A stretch of DNA of 64,000 nucleotides, taken from Vitrella brassicaformis CCMP3155. Lineage: Eukaryota; Protista; Chromerida. The notes under the pieces were generated by a model. The model was not told where the DNA came from, did not search any database, and was given only the letters and a program-made list of their open reading frames with translations. A program made the position numbers and the translations under genes. The stretch lies in contig CDMY01000274.1 in NCBI GenBank assembly GCA_001179505.1, forward strand, positions 62,001 to 126,000. Direction: 5' to 3'. Shown here piece after piece: positions 61,501 to 64,000 of this stretch (within the stretch, counting starts at the first letter, position 1; every line of letters starts with the position of its first letter).

Positions 61501-64000
61501 CCTAGCGCCATATCTGAGAGACACCAAGACCTCGCTCACTTGCCTGCTCGGCAGTCGCCTTTTGTCCTTACGTCGTCACTTCACGAGTGGCATTGTGGGA
61601 TGAGCCAGCCGACTGCAGCTGGACAGTGAGCTGAAAGAAGCCCGGCAGCACGCTCGCATTGTAGTTCACGGGAACGGAGCAGTCCAATCCAGGCAAACAG
61701 TCCTGGCAGATCCAGGCGATGCGACTTCCATCAGCGCCGCCTTTGCGCACGCCGATAGACCCAGCCGTACACGGCTCGCACGGCTCCTCGCCGCGCTGGT
61801 GGCCAAGACGGCAATAGCACGCAGGTGAGCCTTCCTCAGAACCTGCATACACACGCGTAGACCAACAGTGTAAGTCGCAAGGGCTACTGGAATGTGTTTG
61901 TTCCATCTCTGACCTGCATCATCGGGGCATTGTTTGCACGTTTGTGTGCCGATTTCTCTGTTGCTGTATGTGTCAGGGGGGCACTTGGTGCAGTTGATGC
62001 CGGTGCCCTCGTATCCGGGCAGGCACCGACACAGGGCATCCGAGGCGAAGGTGTAGTCGACCTGTGCGAGCAGGGAGAACACTAGTGAGCACAGTGGGTA
62101 CAATCAGCACATGTACTCGTTCTGTGTACTTGACCATACGGAATCTGACCTCAAGCCTGTTGTGTACCGAGCAGAACTCCGTGCATTCGAACCGCTCCTC
62201 ACCGTTCTCCAACGTCCGCACGACATATCCTGCACCAACCATGTCCAACCACATGCACTGATGTGGACTGACGCACTGCAGTGGGTATCTGCTCTCCGTG
62301 TGCTGTGACAAAGGGCCTACTGTACCCTGCGGGTCGGGCACCAGTGGCGTCACGCGTGGATCGTCGTACGCAGTTAATGATGGGCACCGAATGAAGCTTT
62401 GATGCGCACCGCTTGACCGTCGCAGATCATTACACTTCTAAACCACATACACCCCCCACAGACACCGATAGAAACACACATATATCGGCCACCAATACAT
62501 AGGCTCTGCTCTTTTTCTCACCTCGATGGGTGTAAGGCTGATACACACATCGGTCTGCTCACTTCTCAGGTCTGGATTCTGTGTGAACCTCGCGTAGTCG
62601 GATGAAGGCAGCCTAGAGTCGGGCCTTCCCACTCGTCTCAGTGAGTTGTTACGGATGTCGACGTGGTACAGCGGGGACTCAAACGCTTGAAACGTAGCGA
62701 TGGCGGTGATGTTGTTGTTGCTCAAAGAGATTGATCCCAGGTGACGAAATGCTGTCACACTCTCTCTTTCGTCCAAGGAGTCACCCACCTGAGCATACGC
62801 ACAAAAGAGTGCTGGTTGTGCGTTTCTTTGTCTGGATGTGGGATCGGCAATTACCTCTGCGGCGTGGCCAAGCAGTCTACGGGGGAATGTCAAGAAGGCC
62901 TCACAACGCATCGCGCCGTACAGATCGCAATTCGATGCATCCAGCACCACCAAACTATCAGGAATACGAAGACACAGCGCAGAAAGCAAATGCCACAAAG
63001 CTAGCGATCCTCACTTACTTGTTCTGCCATTTGAGAGGCATGAAGAACTCAGTCACGTCGACATTGATTGGGTTGTTTGACACGTCCAGCTCGTACAGAC
63101 TGTCCCAGTCAGGTGGATCCGACGACAGCAAATTCAACAAACGTATCCCGCCCGTATCTAGAGTTTCGTCACACAAATGCACACAAGAGAATACATACAA
63201 ACTCCTGACTACCTGGCTGCCTGCCTGTCTGGATGTAGTGTGTGTGTGTGTGTGTATCAGAGCTCACCCAAGACACCCGGTTTTTTGCAGGCCCCTTCCG
63301 CTGTGGAACCCCACTTGGGCCACTGGCTGATGTGATTGTTGGCGAGGTATAGCTTCTCCAAGTTGGGCATTGAGTGAAAGCCCTCCGGCAGAGTGGTCAG
63401 AAGGTTGTCGCTCAGATCCAAGGAACGCAATCTAAGAGAGATTATCCCCCTAAAATGTTCCTTTTGTGTGAGCAGGCGTGTTTCTCACTGACGATTGTGG
63501 GATGCTGCCGGTGACTCTCGTGATGAGATTATGGTCGAGCCGGGCGTTCTCGAGTTTGGGGAAGACAGACAGGTCAACGGACCCATTCAGACGATTGTGG
63601 TCGACCTGTAACCAGTGAAGGCTCTCGTACCCACGGCCGCGAAGGCTGTGCTCCACAAATCCGACCAGTCTGACGATTCACATGCCCAACCGTTACATGC
63701 CCGCAGCACCTGTATAGCGTACAGCACACCGGTTGTTATCTGCGGTGATTCTACTGAGGTTCTTGAAAGCCGAAAAGCCGACAGGCAGGTGACCTTCGAA
63801 CTGAAACGAAAACCCCAACACACACGCTGACCAGTAGTTATAGCATGTCGGTCCTCACTATTGGTCATACCGAGTTGTTGCCAACCCACAGTCGCCTGAG
63901 GGACGTGAGGTCGCTGAGCGGCTCTAGTGTGCCGGCAAACTTGTTGCTGCCAATATCAAGAGACTCGATCGACTTCAAGCCACTCAATGAGGGCGGCAAC
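58575..64000 (-). CDS. LRR + EGF/GCC Cys-rich + multi-pass TM receptor-like protein (5' end outside window; final exon uncertain)
   Basis: LRRs LPPSLSGLKSIESLDIGSNKFAGTL and LRSLDLSDNLLTTLPEGFHSMPNLEKLYLANN; CRCLPGYEGTGINCTKCPPDTYS; EGHEGFVCSRCKAGF; TM exon with DLDSHVIC and GFLYAGYRKNFYYWDAIFAMRRVLVLLI. Confidence 0.85.

Noticed and set aside
18339-64000. A co-regulated immune or signalling cluster (NLR, receptors, RBR, F-box-like genes)
   Set aside because: These genes are interspersed with housekeeping genes (cysQ, GDH); adjacency alone is not evidence in a eukaryote.
1-64000. rRNA, tRNA or telomeric repeats
   Set aside because: None recognised by eye; tRNAscan-SE and Infernal would be needed to exclude small RNAs.

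Overview
Eukaryotic, GC-rich, intron-dense DNA whose short introns are packed with (GT)n, (CA)n, (GGAT)n and (GACA)n microsatellites. Overall style, an alveolate-type large NAD-GDH and a lineage-specific F-box-like family suggest a chromerid alga such as Vitrella brassicaformis; this is inference and no search was run. Gene models were spliced by eye, so exon ends are approximate. There are four gaps of exactly 300 N, probably placeholders. From 1 to 18 kb the region is duplication-rich and probably partly mis-scaffolded. It holds a possible HAD-like gene, a DUF4442/hot-dog thioesterase split across two identical 565-bp copies, a head-to-head paralog pair and a tandem array of a single-pass membrane protein gene. 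The rest of the window encodes, in order: a SAM-CHAT protease-STAND NTPase-TPR NLR-like protein with an intact His/Cys dyad (best novelty candidate); a Venus-flytrap + Cys-rich + multi-TM receptor; a bacterial-type CysQ with a plastid-like leader; a two-pore channel with a VNN filter; three F-box-like family genes; an RBR E3 ligase; a large NAD-GDH; and the 3' part of an LRR + Cys-rich + multi-TM receptor that shares its TM module with the first receptor.
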